In this document: positions 1-14,936 of the stretch, piece by piece
Numbering within the stretch: position 1 is the stretch's first letter
Layout of the letters: each line of letters opens with the position of its first letter
Origin: Eledone cirrhosa
Lineage: Eukaryota
Direction: 5' to 3'
NCBI GenBank assembly: GCA_964016885.1
Contig: OZ024758.1
Coordinates: 23,746,001-23,810,000 of the forward strand
Length of the DNA: 64,000 nucleotides
Translations under genes and position numbers: made by a program
The notes under the pieces: generated by a model
Told to the model about the DNA's origin: nothing
Database searches by the model: none
The model's input: the letters and a program-made list of their open reading frames with translations, nothing else

Positions 1-196
1 ATCTATATATATACATATCTATATATATACATATGTATAGATATGTATATATATAGATATGTATATATATAGATATGTATGTATATATATATATATGTAT
101 GTATATATATAGATATCTATATATATACATACATATCTATATATATATACATACATATCTATATATATATATATACATATCTATATATATACATAC

Positions 197-243
<47 letters not shown>

Positions 244-244
244 C

Positions 245-275
<31 letters not shown>

Positions 276-440
276 CATACATATGTATATATATATATAT
301 ATATATATACATACATATGTATATATATATATATATATATATACATACATATGTATATATATATATATATATATATACATACATATGTATATATATATAT
401 ATATATATACATACATATGTATATATATATATATACATAC

Positions 441-477
<37 letters not shown>

Positions 478-661
478 CATATGTAAATAGATATGTATAT
501 ATATATATATATAAATAGATATGTATATATATATATATATAAATAGATATGTATATATATATATAAAAATAGATATGTATATATATAAATATATAAATAG
601 ATATGTATATATATAAATATATAAATAGATATGTATATATATAAATATATAAATAGATATG

Positions 662-695
<34 letters not shown>

Positions 696-736
696 AATAT
701 ATAAATATATATATATATAAATATATAAATATATAT

Positions 737-773
<37 letters not shown>

Positions 774-791
774 AATATATAAATAGATATG

Positions 792-855
<64 letters not shown>

Positions 856-890
856 TGTATATATATAAATATATATATATATATAAATAG

Positions 891-970
<80 letters not shown>
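1..970. repeat. (TA)n microsatellite with CATA and AATAGATATG variant units
   Basis: Read directly from sequence; overlapping IY/YI ORFs are artefacts. Confidence 0.97.
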
Positions 971-973
<3 letters not shown>

Positions 974-1302
974 TAGAAGTTACCTTCGACATAGCTAAAT
1001 ACATACATGCATTTGAATTTCGTACATCCAAAGATATACGGTATGTTTAATATATAAATATTTTGAAAGCCTCAGCTATGAATAGAAGGCTGACAGCCAG
1101 CGACGTCTAGGGGAATCCCGCAGAAGCAAGGGGGATAAGCATATACATTTCGAACTTAAATGGGTCTCGTCAGGACAATGTTCCCCTCTTCCCAGATAGA
1201 GGGGGAGTGGGAGGTAAAATTCCGACAGCAGTGCCAAGCGGTTTCCGCGGTTTCAGAACCACAGACTCTCTCACTTGTAATTACATGCATACATAATACA
1301 TA

Positions 1303-1674
1303 CATGTTAATAACTGCCTCAGTACAAATCTTGAGAAGCTGGGCTTCACAGAAACAGAAAGAACACGACTAGTTAGGAAATTACAAGTACAATCCATTAA
1401 TGGAACAGTAAAAATATGTAAAACATTCCAAAAATTCTGCATCTAATAACTGTATATATACATGTACAGATACAAGGCATGTACACATGCACACATAACT
1501 CAAAACACACACATCCACACATACAATAACATCCATATCTACACACATGCATACATGCAGACATATCTACCTAGTTGATGTTGTGTAATTTCCAATGAGA
1601 GAGTCTTGTATCTATTTTAGAAACCAACTCTCTCTCTATTGGTAAAAATTTGTGAAATTATAAAACCAGAAGAA
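1303..1674 (+). mobile_element. 3' end of a restriction-like-endonuclease non-LTR retrotransposon (probably R4/Dong-type), heavily 5'-truncated
   Basis: 1303-1446 reads HVNNCLSTNLEKLGFTETERTRLVRKLQVQSINGTVKICKTFQKFCI*, resembling the RLE-LINE C-terminus; ~230-bp putative 3'UTR; CATA repeats on both sides. Confidence 0.55.
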
Positions 1675-1685
1675 CATACATACAT

Positions 1686-1687
<2 letters not shown>

Positions 1688-1762
<75 letters not shown>
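1688..1762. repeat. (GT)n microsatellite
   Basis: Pure GT run. Confidence 0.97.
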
Positions 1763-1763
<1 letters not shown>

Positions 1764-2130
1764 CTAATTATTTTCTCCAGACTTAGCTTTGATTTTACAG
1801 CTTCCTTAAACGAGTATTAGCTTGCAGCCAATCAAATATCTTTCTGCAGTAGATCCAAAATATATTTGTCTTTATTTTCTCTTGTATCATGTCAAAAATT
1901 GATGAGGATGCAATATGTCTTCCTTCCAATTAAACAAAACTTATTCAGCTGTCTTTGTAGAATTATTTATGAGCAGACATTAAAAAAAAAAAAATAATTT
2001 CTGAATAGAATAAAATAAATAAGATAATGAACAGAGAAAAATATCACACTTAATATGCCTTTAAATGTCTTGGCTGAATAAATTGCAAATTCTATTAACA
2101 CAAGCCTAAGTTACTAGAATGTTAGACTAG

Positions 2131-2756
2131 AGTGGTGGTGGTGGTGGTGGAGGTGGTGTTCGTTGTGGTGGAGGGGGTGGTGGAGGGAGTGTTGGTGGCT
2201 GTGGTGGAGGGCGTGTTGTTGGTGGTGGTGGAGGGGTGTTGGTTGGTGGTGGAGGGGTGTTGTTGGTTGTGGTATTTGTGGTGGTGTTGTTGGTGTTGGC
2301 GTTGGTGGTGTAGGTGTTGTTGGTGCTAGTAGTATTGGTGGTTGGCTTGCTGGTAGTAGTGGTGTTGGTGGTATGGGTATTTCTGGTGTTGGTGTTGGTG
2401 GTGGTTGGCTTGCTAGTAGTAGTTGTATTGGTGGTGATAGTATTATTGGTACTGGGTTTGGTGGTTGGCTTACTGGTATTTGTGGTGGTGGTGGTGGTTG
2501 GCTTGTTAATAGTAGCGATGATGGTGTTGGTGATAGTGGTGTTTCTGGTGTTGGTATTGGTGGTGGTTGGCTTGCTGGTAGTAGTGGTGTTGGTGGTGAT
2601 AGTAGTATTGGTGGTGGACTTGCTGGTAGTAGTGGTGATGGTGGTGATAGTAGTATTGGTGGTGGACTTGCTGGTAGTAGTGGTGTTGGTGGTGGTGTTG
2701 GTGGACTTGCTGGTAGTAGTGGTGTTGGTGTTGTTGGTGTTGTTGGTGATAGTGGT
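2131..2756. repeat. Degenerate (GGT/GTT/AGT)n trinucleotide tract with recurring GGTTGGCTTGCTGGTAGTAGT sub-units
   Basis: Poly-V, poly-T and poly-G translations in several frames. Confidence 0.9.
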
Positions 2757-3299
2757 ATATATCAAGAAACCATGACTTGCAAAGAGATGGATACTTAACA
2801 AATCAAAGTAAATTGACAGCAACGATTATTAATAAATACACGTAAACGTGAGCAGGCACACACTTAGGCTAGAGAGATATGTAAATCTTAGAAAGCAGCA
2901 TTCTATTTGTGGATGTTTTTACTACTGGTTTTAATTTACTGCCGAATATATATGAAGCAATAAAGCTATTTATTCTAAATATGCTATTAAGAATAAGACG
3001 GTATATGAGAAAGTAATAAATAGTTTCCACGGAATGCAGTGGCACGTCAGAAAGTGATTTTTATTGTAAATATGAAGGGTAATATAACATCAACAATAAC
3101 AACAACAACAGTAACAGAAAAGAAGCAAAATATTGCTGAAATTGGCCGCCATCTTAGGCAATGTTGTCAGGCCGAAGATGTTAGTTGCCGAAAGGCATTC
3201 TATTGGAAAGGCGATCCTTTGCTTTTTTAGGAATACAATTATGATTGGTTGTTTAAAGTTACTGGTATTGTTGTTGTTGTTGTTGTGGATTGTAAGTAA

Positions 3300-3540
3300 A
3301 TAATTTCTGATTTAGGTACAAGGACAATCATTTTTCGAGGAGGGGTTGAAAAGTCGGTTAAATCGACTCCAGCGTGTTACTGGTATTTTATTTTATCGAC
3401 CTAGTAGGGATGAAAGGTAAAGCTAATATCGTTAGAATTTATACTTAGAACGTAAAGGGCCGTAATTCCATACCGTAAAGTCCGACGCTATACATAATAA
3501 TTTCTAGTATAGGCACAAGCCAGTAATTCGGGAGGAGGGA
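3300..3540 (-). mobile_element. Degenerate tRNA-derived SINE (main family) plus a tail fragment
   Basis: TTTTATCGAC...GGATGAAAGG motif shared with the other copies. Confidence 0.7.
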
Positions 3541-4946
3541 AAATATATGTAAGAATGGAAATATATTCTTATACGTAACAATGAAAATATATTGTCTCAT
3601 ACGTAACAATGGAAATATATTGTCTTATACGTAACAATGAAAATAAATTGTCTCATACGTAACAATGAAAATATATTGTCTTATACGTAACAATGAAAAT
3701 ATATTGTCTCATATGTAAGAATGGAAATATATTGTCTTATATGTAACAATGAAAATATATTGTCTTATACGTAACAATGAAAATATATTGTCTTATACGT
3801 AACAATAAAAATATATTGTCTTATATTTAACAATGAAAATATATTGTCTTATACGTAACAATGAAAATATATTGTCTCATACGTAACAATGGAAATATAT
3901 TGTCTCATATGTAACAATGAAAATATTTTGTCTCATACGTAACAATAAAAATACATTGTCTCATATGTAACAATGAAAATATATTGTCTCATATGTAACA
4001 ATGAAAATATATTGTCTCATACGTAACAATGAACATATATTGTCTCATACGTCAGAATGGAAATATATTCTCATACGTAACAATGAAAATATATTGTCTC
4101 ATACGTAAGAATGGAAATATATTGTCTCATACGTAACAATGAAAATATATTGTCTTATACGTAACAATGAAAATACATTGTCTCATACGTAACAATGGAA
4201 ATATATTGTCTCATATGTAACAATGAAAATATATTGCCTCATACGTAACAATGAACATATATTGTCTCATACGTCAGAATGGAAATATATTCTCATACGT
4301 AACAATGAAAATATATTGTCTTATGCGTAACAATGAAAATATATTGTCTCATATGTAACAATGAAAATATATTGTCTCATATGTAAGAATGGAAATATAT
4401 TGTCTTATACGTAACAATGAAAATATATTGTCTCATATGTAAGAATGGAAATATATTGTCTTATACGTAACAATGAAAATATATTGTCTTATACGTAAAA
4501 ATGAAAATATATTGTCTCATACGTAACAATGAAAATATATTGTCTCATACGTAACAATGAAAATATTGTCTTATATGTAACATTGGAAATATATTGTCTC
4601 ATACGTAACAATGAAAATATATTGTCTTATACGTAACAATGAAAATATATTGTCTTATACGTAACAATGAAAATATATTGTCTCATACGTAACAATGAAA
4701 ATATATTGTCTTATACGTAACAATGGAAATATATTGTCTTATATGTAACAATGAAAATATGTCTCATATGTAAGAATGAAAATATATTGTCTCATATGTA
4801 ACAATGGAAATATATTGTCTCATACGTAACAATGGAAATATATTGTTTCATATGTAACGATGGAAATATATTGTCTCATACGTAACAATGGAAATATATT
4901 GTCTCATATGTAACGATGGAAATATATTGTCTCATATGTAACAATG
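3541..4946. repeat. 28-bp minisatellite, consensus GTAACAATGAAAATATATTGTCTCATAC, ~50 copies
   Basis: Period 28 (e.g. 3574 to 3602); degenerate units resume at 5156-5215. Confidence 0.95.
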
Positions 4947-5155
4947 GTTTCTTATATAGGCACAAGGCCAGCAATTTTGGGGGAGGGGAAAGTCGATTAA
5001 ATCGACACCAGTACGTGACTGGTACTTTATTTTATCGACCCCGTAAGGATGAAAGCCAAAGTTAATCTCGGTGGGATTTGAACTCGGATCATAAAGGGCC
5101 GTAACTCTATGCTGCAAAGCATGGTGTCCGGCTCTCTACCGATATTGCCAATCCA
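4947..5155 (-). mobile_element. tRNA-derived SINE with Meta-domain-like core (long-tail variant), inserted in the minisatellite
   Basis: B-box GAGTTCAAATCC on the minus strand, TTTCATCCTTACGGGGTCGATAAA core; flanking 16-bp repeat CTCATATGTAACAATG at 4931 and 5156. Confidence 0.88.
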
Positions 5156-5574
5156 CTCATATGTAACAATGAAAATGTGTCTCACGTGTAGCAATGAAAA
5201 TATATTATCTCCATGTAGATTAACCATCAGCAAACATTCAACAAACCTGATATGATTACTTCATGCAGTGTAAGTCAATTTCTATGTTGATATTAGTACA
5301 ACAACCATCACGATATTGCTAATACAACAAAACAGCATGAATATTAAATATAAATATCCCTCGAAATACTAAACGTTTTAATTATCATATTTGTGTTGCT
5401 AGATTTATAATTTCTTAACGGTTGTCAAACAAAAGTCAATAAGAAAATTAGCTCATCATTTATAAATTAAGATGTATTTTTATGTATGACTAGAAGGTAT
5501 TTTTCTCGAGATCACTCACTCACGAGTCGGTTTTCCTCGATCTAATGAACAGCACTCTTTCCATTTGTCTCCAT

Positions 5575-5761
5575 CTTGGATTGGCAGTATCGATAGAGGG
5601 TCGGACGCCATGCTTTGACGCATAGAGTTACGGCCCTTGCCATTCTGAGTTCAAATCCCGCCGAGGTTAACTTTGCCTTTCATCCTTACGGGGTCGATAA
5701 AATAAAGTACCAGTAATGCACTGGGTAATTGCTGACCTTGTGCCAAAAGTAGAAACAATTA
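5575..5761 (+). mobile_element. tRNA-derived SINE (main family, short-tail variant)
   Basis: TGGCAGTATCG A-box-like, GAGTTCAAATCC B-box, GCCTTTCATCCTTACGGGGTCGATAAA core, GGTAATTGCTGACCTTGTGCCAAAAGTAGAAAC tail. Confidence 0.9.
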
Positions 5762-5887
5762 TCACTTCAAGATCCGTTAAATTTCCTCCCGTGTCAGCAC
5801 ATAGCATATCCAGATACGTTGTTGCAAGACGACCTCTACTTCTACGACTGCAGGCTTCCATAAAAGAACACAGCTGACATACTCGTT

Positions 5888-6125
5888 TTAATCGGTTTTC
5901 CACTCCCCCCAAATTGCTGGCGTTGTGCCTATATTAGAAATCAACTGGCAGTATCGGTAGAGGGTCGAACGCCATGCTTTCCAGCATAGTTACGTCCCTT
6001 TACGATCTGAGTTCAAATCCCGCCGAGGTTAACTTTGCCTTTCATCCTTACGGGGGTCGATAAAATAAAGTACCAGTAATGTACTGGGTAATTGCTGGCC
6101 TTATGCCTAAAGTTGAAACAATTAT
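5888..6125 (+). mobile_element. SINE tail fragment followed by a near full-length SINE (main family)
   Basis: Same motifs as 5575-5761. Confidence 0.85.
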
Positions 6126-6215
6126 TTTCAGCAATGAGGAACTGTCGATCAAAAGTTGGGGAATTTAAACTCGAAAGTCTTAAGTTGGTAAATCAAATTA
6201 TCAAATATGTTAATA

Positions 6216-6506
6216 TAGGCACGGGCAACCTTTTCCGAGAAGCGGACCGCATGAGATATGGCTCAACATCAGTCGGGCCGTAAGCGCTAATTTACATTCG
6301 TGCCCACATTAAAAAAAGGGCAGTAACTCAGGTTGTTTTGGTTTGTTTCTTCAGACTTCAAATACGTTGTTTTCCTCGATGGTAAAAATGATAGAAAGAT
6401 AAATTACGACTGAAAATTTTGGGGTAAAAATATCAGAAAGATTTCACTTAGGTGACTTAGGCGAGCCATTCAGAGAGCTTCGTGGGCCGCAGGTGGCCCA
6501 TGACTG
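6216..6506. mobile_element. Non-autonomous hAT (Charlie-like) MITE
   Basis: Imperfect TIRs TAGGCACGGGCAACC / GGTGGCCCATGACTG; perfect 8-bp TSD TGTTAATA at 6208-6215 and 6507-6514. Confidence 0.85.
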
Positions 6507-6950
6507 TGTTAATATATACGAAGGGAGATACTCGAATCATGCAGTTTCAGTGATAAATTTAACTTGGAGCTAAATAATTTAAAGGAAAATAATAAATATC
6601 TAGATTGGATTAATAACAAGATAGACTGAAGCTGAAAATTAAGTATAATGATCTCTATTAAAAGGTGATAGTAATATTGAAGTGGAGGTGGGGTAATGAG
6701 GCAATAGAGTTAAATATTTCAGGATTATACACGGACATGGCCAGACATACTCACCACTTGGACGCATGGATGCACATATATAATGTTATTGCCTAGAGAT
6801 GGCATGGCATAAGTCGTTGGAACTATCTAATTATCTATTTTGTAAAAGTTAAGCTGATGTAATAGTTTAGGAATAATTATTACCCTCCAGCTAATTAAGA
6901 AACTAAACAGTAAGGATGCTCCTTTCCTTGTATTATACATTTATATATAA

Positions 6951-7141
6951 GGGCGGTGGATTGGCAGTATCGGTAGAGGGCCGGACGCCATGCTTTGACG
7001 CATAGAGTTACGGCCCTTGCCATTCTGAGTTCAAATCCCGCCGAGGTTAACTTTGCCTTTCATCCTTACGGGGTCGATAAAATAAAGTACCAGTAATACA
7101 CTGGGTAATTGCTGGCCTTGTGCCAAACCTAGAAACAATTA
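6951..7141 (+). mobile_element. Full-length tRNA-derived SINE (main family)
   Basis: GGGCGGTGGATTGGCAGTATCGG start, B-box, Meta-like core, tail. Confidence 0.92.
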
Positions 7142-7197
7142 TATATTTATATATTATTGATAGTTAAATTCTTAAGCGGAGAATTGGAAATATTCAG

Positions 7198-7202
<5 letters not shown>

Positions 7203-7261
<59 letters not shown>

Positions 7262-7356
7262 TGTGTGAGTGTATATAGGTGTCTGTGTGTGTGTGAGTGT
7301 ATATATATGTATGTGTGTATGTGTGTGTATATATATATATGTGTGTGTGTGAGTGT

Positions 7357-7388
<32 letters not shown>

Positions 7389-7575
7389 GTGTATATATAT
7401 ATGTGTGTATGTATGTATATATATATGTGAGTGTATATATATATGTGAGTGTATATATATATGTGTGTGTGTGTATATATATGTGTGTATGTGTGTATGT
7501 ATATATGTATGTATATGTATATATGTATGTATGTGTGTGTATGTATATATGTATGTATATATATATATATGTATG

Positions 7576-7609
<34 letters not shown>

Positions 7610-7693
7610 TATGTGTGTGTATGTATATATATGTATGTATATATATGTATATATATATATATATATATGTGTGTGTATGTATATATATGTATG

Positions 7694-7740
<47 letters not shown>

Positions 7741-7757
7741 ATGTATATATATGTATG

Positions 7758-7789
<32 letters not shown>

Positions 7790-7907
7790 TGTGTGTGTAT
7801 GTATATATATGTATGTATATATATATGTATATATATATATATGTGTGTGTGTATGTATATATATATGTATATATATATATATGTGTGTGTATGTATATAT
7901 ATGTATG

Positions 7908-7958
<51 letters not shown>

Positions 7959-8395
7959 ATATATATGTATATATGTATGTATATATATATGTATATATGT
8001 ATGTATATATATATGTATATATGTATGTATATATATATGTATATATGTATGTATATATATATGTATATATGTATGTATATATATATGTATATATGTATGT
8101 ATATATATATGTATATATGTATGTATATATATATGTATATATGTATGTATGTATATATATATGTATATATGTATGTATGTATATATATATGTATATATGT
8201 ATGTATGTATATATATATGTATATATGTATGTATATATATATGTATATATGTATGTATATATATATGTATATATGTATGTATATATATATGTATATATGT
8301 ATGTATATATATATGTATGTATATATATATGTATATATATATGTATGTATATATATATGTATATATATATGTATGTATATATATATATATGTATG

Positions 8396-8426
<31 letters not shown>

Positions 8427-8534
8427 GTATATATATATATGTATGTATATATATATGTATGTATATATATATGTATGTATGTATATATATATATATGTAT
8501 ATATATATATGTATGTATATATATATATGTATGT

Positions 8535-8575
<41 letters not shown>

Positions 8576-8584
8576 TATGTATGT

Positions 8585-8624
<40 letters not shown>

Positions 8625-8865
8625 GTATATATATGTATGTATATATGTATGTATATATATGTATATATATGTATGTATATATGTATATATATATATATGT
8701 GTATATATGTGTATATATATGTGTATATATGTGTATATATATGTATATATATATATGTATATATATATGTATATATATATGTATATATATATATGTATAT
8801 ATATATATGTATATATATATATGTATATATATATATGTATATATATATATGTATATATGTATATG

Positions 8866-8950
<85 letters not shown>

Positions 8951-9011
8951 ATATATATATGTATATGTATATATGTATATATATATATGTATATATGTAT
9001 ATGTATATATG

Positions 9012-9046
<35 letters not shown>

Positions 9047-9061
9047 GTATATATAAATATG

Positions 9062-9093
<32 letters not shown>

Positions 9094-9111
9094 TATGTGT
9101 GTGTATATGTA

Positions 9112-9144
<33 letters not shown>

Positions 9145-9160
9145 TGTGTGTGTATATGTA

Positions 9161-9193
<33 letters not shown>

Positions 9194-9209
9194 TATGTGT
9201 GTATATGTA

Positions 9210-9242
<33 letters not shown>

Positions 9243-9259
9243 TGTGTGTGTATATGTAT

Positions 9260-9290
<31 letters not shown>

Positions 9291-9493
9291 GTGTGTGTGT
9301 ATATGTAATATATATATATATGTATATATATATATATGTGTGTATATGTAATATATATATATATGTATATATATATATGTGTGTATATGTAATATATATA
9401 TGGATATATATATATATATATATATGTGTATATATATATATGTCTATATGTTATATATGTATATATATATATATATATATATGTGTATATGTA

Positions 9494-9541
<48 letters not shown>

Positions 9542-9572
9542 ATATATGTATATATATATATATGTATATATG

Positions 9573-9606
<34 letters not shown>

Positions 9607-9608
9607 TA
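7203..9608. repeat. Compound (TA)n/(TG)n/(TATG)n microsatellite
   Basis: Read directly from sequence. Confidence 0.97.
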
Positions 9609-10755
9609 TTACTCTTTTACTCTTTTACCTGTTTCAGCCATCCGGCTGAGGCCATGCTGGGGCACCGCCCTTGCTGCTACACACTTTATCTCCAGCCTGT
9701 ATAGGTTGGCCACTGGTGTAGGAGGGAGTTTGTTGCTGCTGCCCTTAGGTTTCCCTCGTGTCTTGCTGTGGGCTCATCCGGGATCCTGGATAACAAGGTG
9801 TCGAGATGTTTCTTAAAGACATCCACCTCCACGTCATGCAAGTCTCGCAGATGCCTCGGCAGCCTGTTGAAGAGTTGAGGGCCCTTGAATCCCAGGCTAT
9901 TGCAATACCTGCTCCTTATTCTAGATGTGGAAGACGGGACCTTTGGCACCACACAGTGACGTCCTGTTCGACGGTTGGTCCAGCTCCCAATGCCAAAGTT
10001 TGGTGCTAGTCCCGCCAGGATTTTCCACATGTAGATCACTGCGTATCTCTCCCGTCTTCGCTCCAAGGAGTAGAGGTTCAGTTCCTTCAGCCTCTCCCAG
10101 TAGCTTGTCTCCCTCATCTTGGCAATCCTCTTGGTGTAGCTTCGCTGGATTGCCTCAAGCTCTGTGGTTAGTTTGACACTATGGGGTGACCACAGCTGGG
10201 AGCAGTAGTCCAGGCGGCTTAGGACAAAAGTCCTCCACAGTGTCAACATGGTGTCTCGATCTCTTTTAAGGAAAGTCCTCAAGATCCAGCCAGCGAATCG
10301 TCTACATGCTGTCGCCACCTTCATGATGTGTGAAGAAAAAGATGCATCATCGCTCATGTCTATGCCCAGGTCTCGTATCGATTTTGACACGGGGATATCG
10401 GTCCCTCCTGGTCCTGTGTAGCTGTGTTCCGCTATATTTGTGTTTGTGTTTGCAGGTTTGTATTGTAGGGCTTGGAATTTGCCAGCATTAAACTGCATGT
10501 TGTTTTCTTCCGCCCATCTGTATATGGCATCCAGATCCTGCTGTAAGAGGGCAGTGTCAGCCGGGTTTTTGATTGCCTGTGCTACCTTAGTGTCATCAGC
10601 ATAGCTAGTGAGGGATGTTGTTGCATGCACCACAGAGGGCATGTCCGAGAGAGCCACCAAAAACAGTAGTGGTCCCAGGACTGTCCCCTGAGGCACCCCA
10701 CTTGTTATCGGCGTTTCCCTCGAGAGAGCCCCATTTGCTGCGACTGCCTGGCTTC
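9609..10755 (-). mobile_element. 5'-truncated CR1/L2-group LINE: C-terminal reverse transcriptase, 3'UTR and (AAAAGAGT) tail
   Basis: Open frame ~10753-9686: ...[14 protein letters not shown]...YADD...N.GKFQ...IRDLGI...SRLDYCSQLWSP...YSLERRRERY...FKKHLD; (TA)n on both flanks. Confidence 0.93.
9686..10696 (-). pseudogene. Reverse transcriptase fragment (non-LTR retrotransposon ORF2), no true start codon
   Basis: PQG motif and catalytic YADD; frame continues upstream of the track start ([20 protein letters not shown]). Confidence 0.9.
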
Positions 10756-10756
10756 A

Positions 10757-12186
<1,430 letters not shown>

Positions 12187-12239
12187 ACGCATCCCCTTCC
12201 TTCTCTTCACACACACACACACTCACACATTGTTTGACG

Positions 12240-12314
12240 GACGGAAGTCACTCAAATTTATTTATAGATTACAAGTATTTTAAATTGCATACGGACTTTG
12301 TGGACACCTTGTAT
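12240..12314. mobile_element. Tc1/mariner-type terminal fragment
   Basis: GGACTTTGTGGACACCTTG|TA, the reverse complement of a CAAGGTGTCCACAAAGTCC-type TIR next to TA. Confidence 0.45.
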
Positions 12315-12431
12315 ATGTTGATGATAGATCCTGCGTCAGTTTCGACGATGAACATCCAGTTGTTGATCAACTGACTGTCCGACTCTTGAATTAACGTGTA
12401 AGTGGCCAAGTATTCTACAGACACATGCAGT

Positions 12432-12797
12432 GCCTCCAAGAGAAATTGTTCAAGGCGGTGAAGCAGGCAAAGAATTTTCTCAAAATGGATGTTGCATAGT
12501 TGTTGTGGGGCCGTCTTAGCTCTTGGGCCCTGGAACAAGGTAGCGGCTGGACCCCTCTCTCTCTTTCATAGGCCCTGCTTGTATGTATGTATGTATGTAT
12601 GTATGTATGTATGTATGTATGTATCGCCTCCAAGAGAAATAGTGCAAGGCGGTACAAGACCCCTTTGGGGTCCGAAGCAGGCAAAAATGTTTCTCAAAAT
12701 GGATGTTGCATGGTTGCTGTAGGGCCTTCTTAGCTCTTGGACCCCTGAACAAATAACCGGCTACCCCCCCCCCCCCATCCCCTCTCATAGGCCCTGA
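12432..12797. repeat. Two diverged ~140-170-bp direct copies separated by (TATG)n; possible hAT-type MITE ends
   Basis: GCCTCCAAGAGAAAT...TCTCAAAATGGATGTTGCAT...CATAGGCCCTG occurs at 12432-12577 and 12626-12796. Confidence 0.7.
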
Positions 12798-12924
12798 ACA
12801 CGCGTACTCTTAATGTATTCCCAGGCAGAATTAGCGCAACACAACACATGTAGCTGGAAAAATTTATTTGACGAGCTTCCCTGCAGTTTCCATCTATTTA
12901 ATTTTATTCAAAAGGGTTGTCATG

Positions 12925-13203
12925 CGGAGGGGGGATCGAACCCGTCACCTCGTGATTGCGAAGTTAAATATTGGTTTCTGATTTAAGCACAAGGCCAATC
13001 ATTTTGGGGGGAGGGGAAAGTCGATTAAATCGACCCCACTTAGTTACTGGTACTTTATATATCGACCTCCTAAAGATGAAAGGCAAAGATAACCTCGGCG
13101 GGATTTGAACTCAGATCGTAAAGGGGCATAACTCTATGCCATAAAGCATGTTGTCCGATGCTCTACGAAATAAGTTCATATATTCTTAACCACTCAGCCA
13201 TAT
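12925..13203 (-). mobile_element. Main-family SINE (12973-13170) nested in the tRNA head of a second SINE family
   Basis: Host B-box (GGATCGAACCC) and A-box (AACCACTCAGCCA) are split by the insert; imperfect flanking repeat AAGTTAAATATT / AAGTTCATATATT. Confidence 0.75.
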
Positions 13204-13593
13204 TGTATCCATATGTTTGTAGTAATAAGATATGTTTCTTTTATTTGCCACCAGGGCATCAAAAGTGGGACAAGTACAATGGGGGGAGTTTACAAAACAA
13301 GGCGTCCTCAATAAGGAGGAGGCAATAACAATATATAAAAATAAAATAAAATATAACAAAAAGCGATTATTATCAGAGTTTTATGCAAATAAAACATCTG
13401 CTAGGAAGCAATAAAGTCATGAGGGATAAGTAAAGCTAAAACGAAGAAGAATTTGGAGATAAATGATAAAAGTACGTGACTGTTTAACACGATTTTGTTT
13501 CTAGAAGTCAGATGTTCATAAAATATAAAAAATATATGCGTTCATACTACTACCTTTACAGAACGTCGTAGAGCTTCGTATACGTATTATATA

Positions 13594-13700
13594 AATCCCG
13601 CCGAGGTTAACTTTGTCTTTAATCCTTACGGGGTCTATAAAATAAAGTACCAGTAATACACTGATATAATTGCTGGCCTTGTGCCAAAAATAGAAACATT
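13594..13700 (+). mobile_element. 5'-truncated main-family SINE
   Basis: AATCCCGCCGAGGTTAACTTTG...tail. Confidence 0.85.
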
Positions 13701-13973
13701 TATATATATATCCTAGCAGAAAAAAACACCCTTTTTTTTCTGCTAGCATGTGTAGTGTGTATATTGATATTATACGCAGGTATATAAACATGTAGATATG
13801 ATACATCAAATAAAATCGTAATTGACAATATACACAGAAATTCTGTTACACTGTCTTATGTAATCAGTAACGTAATCCATGATACATTTAAAAAAAGACG
13901 ATATTATATATAAACTGCATTAGGAGCAAATTAGCGACAGAAATATATGCGATATTTAAGTGTTATAATATAA

Positions 13974-14160
13974 CTGTTTCTACTTTAGGCACAAGGCCAG
14001 CAATTACCCAGTACATTACTGGTACTTTATTTTATCGACCCCGTAAGGATGAAAGGCAAAGTTAACCTCGGCGGGATTTGAACTCGGATCGTAAAGGGAC
14101 GTAACTATGCTAGAAAGCACGGCGTCCAACCCTCTACCGACACTGCCAATTCACCGCCCT
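13974..14160 (-). mobile_element. Full-length main-family SINE
   Basis: Reverse complement of the 6951-7141 family. Confidence 0.9.
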
Positions 14161-14388
14161 GTAGTGTTATAATATAACGGCCGCTAACCGGAAGTGTTGA
14201 CATTTGAACATTTTAAAGAAGTGAATTTTAAAGGTCTTTAAATAAGCTATAAAATATATTTAATCAACAGCCACGAAATTTAGCACATAAATTATGTAAT
14301 ATTCATTCATTATTTATTCAAAGAAATCCAACTTATTTTACTAACGAGGTAAAAAAAAATATTCTGGACGCAATGCCGCACTCCTTTC

Positions 14389-14432
<44 letters not shown>

Positions 14433-14436
<4 letters not shown>

Positions 14437-14602
14437 CGGTGGATTGGCAGTATCGGTAGAGGGTCGGATGCAATGCTTTGCAGCATAGAGTTACAGCCCT
14501 TTACGTTCTGAGTTCAAATCCGGCTGAGGTTAACTTTACCTTTCATCCTTAGAGGGTCGATAAAATAAAGCACCAGTAATTCACTGGAATAATGGCTGGC
14601 CT
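14433..14602 (+). mobile_element. Main-family SINE between (TA)n runs
   Basis: Same motifs. Confidence 0.9.
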
Positions 14603-14626
14603 TATATATATATATATATATATATA

Positions 14627-14860
14627 TATTTCACGTTGCTCCAGTTTACTCAGCTGTAGAAATGAGTTGCGACGTCACTGGTGCCAAGTTGTATTGTCAA
14701 TAACCTTTTCATTGGACAATATCGGTGGCGTAAGGAGGGAAGGTTGGTTGTATGGACAATTGGTGGTCTTCCACAAACAACCTTGCCCAGACTTGTGCCT
14801 CGGAGAGGAACTTTCCAGCAGTAAATACATGGTCATTCGTGACCGAAAGGGGTCTTTACC
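14627..14860 (+). mobile_element. Body/3' part of the second SINE family
   Basis: ATTTCACGTTGCTCC matches the body of the SINE at 54295-54418. Confidence 0.55.
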
Positions 14861-14936
14861 TATATATATATGTAACAATATCGGTTTCAACACACGTTTT
14901 CAGATAAAGAATCTTGCTAAACAAATTCAGAAACGA

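Noticed and set aside
1135-1185. Minus-strand CTGACGA-GACCCATTTAAGTTC-GAAA hammerhead-like core
   Set aside because: Stem II is imperfect and no stem I partner follows a UH site; at best a decayed copy
2127-2822. Mucin-like Thr/Pro-rich ORF (similar ORFs at 32602 and 34482)
   Set aside because: Degenerate trinucleotide tracts open in several frames; no convincing exon structure
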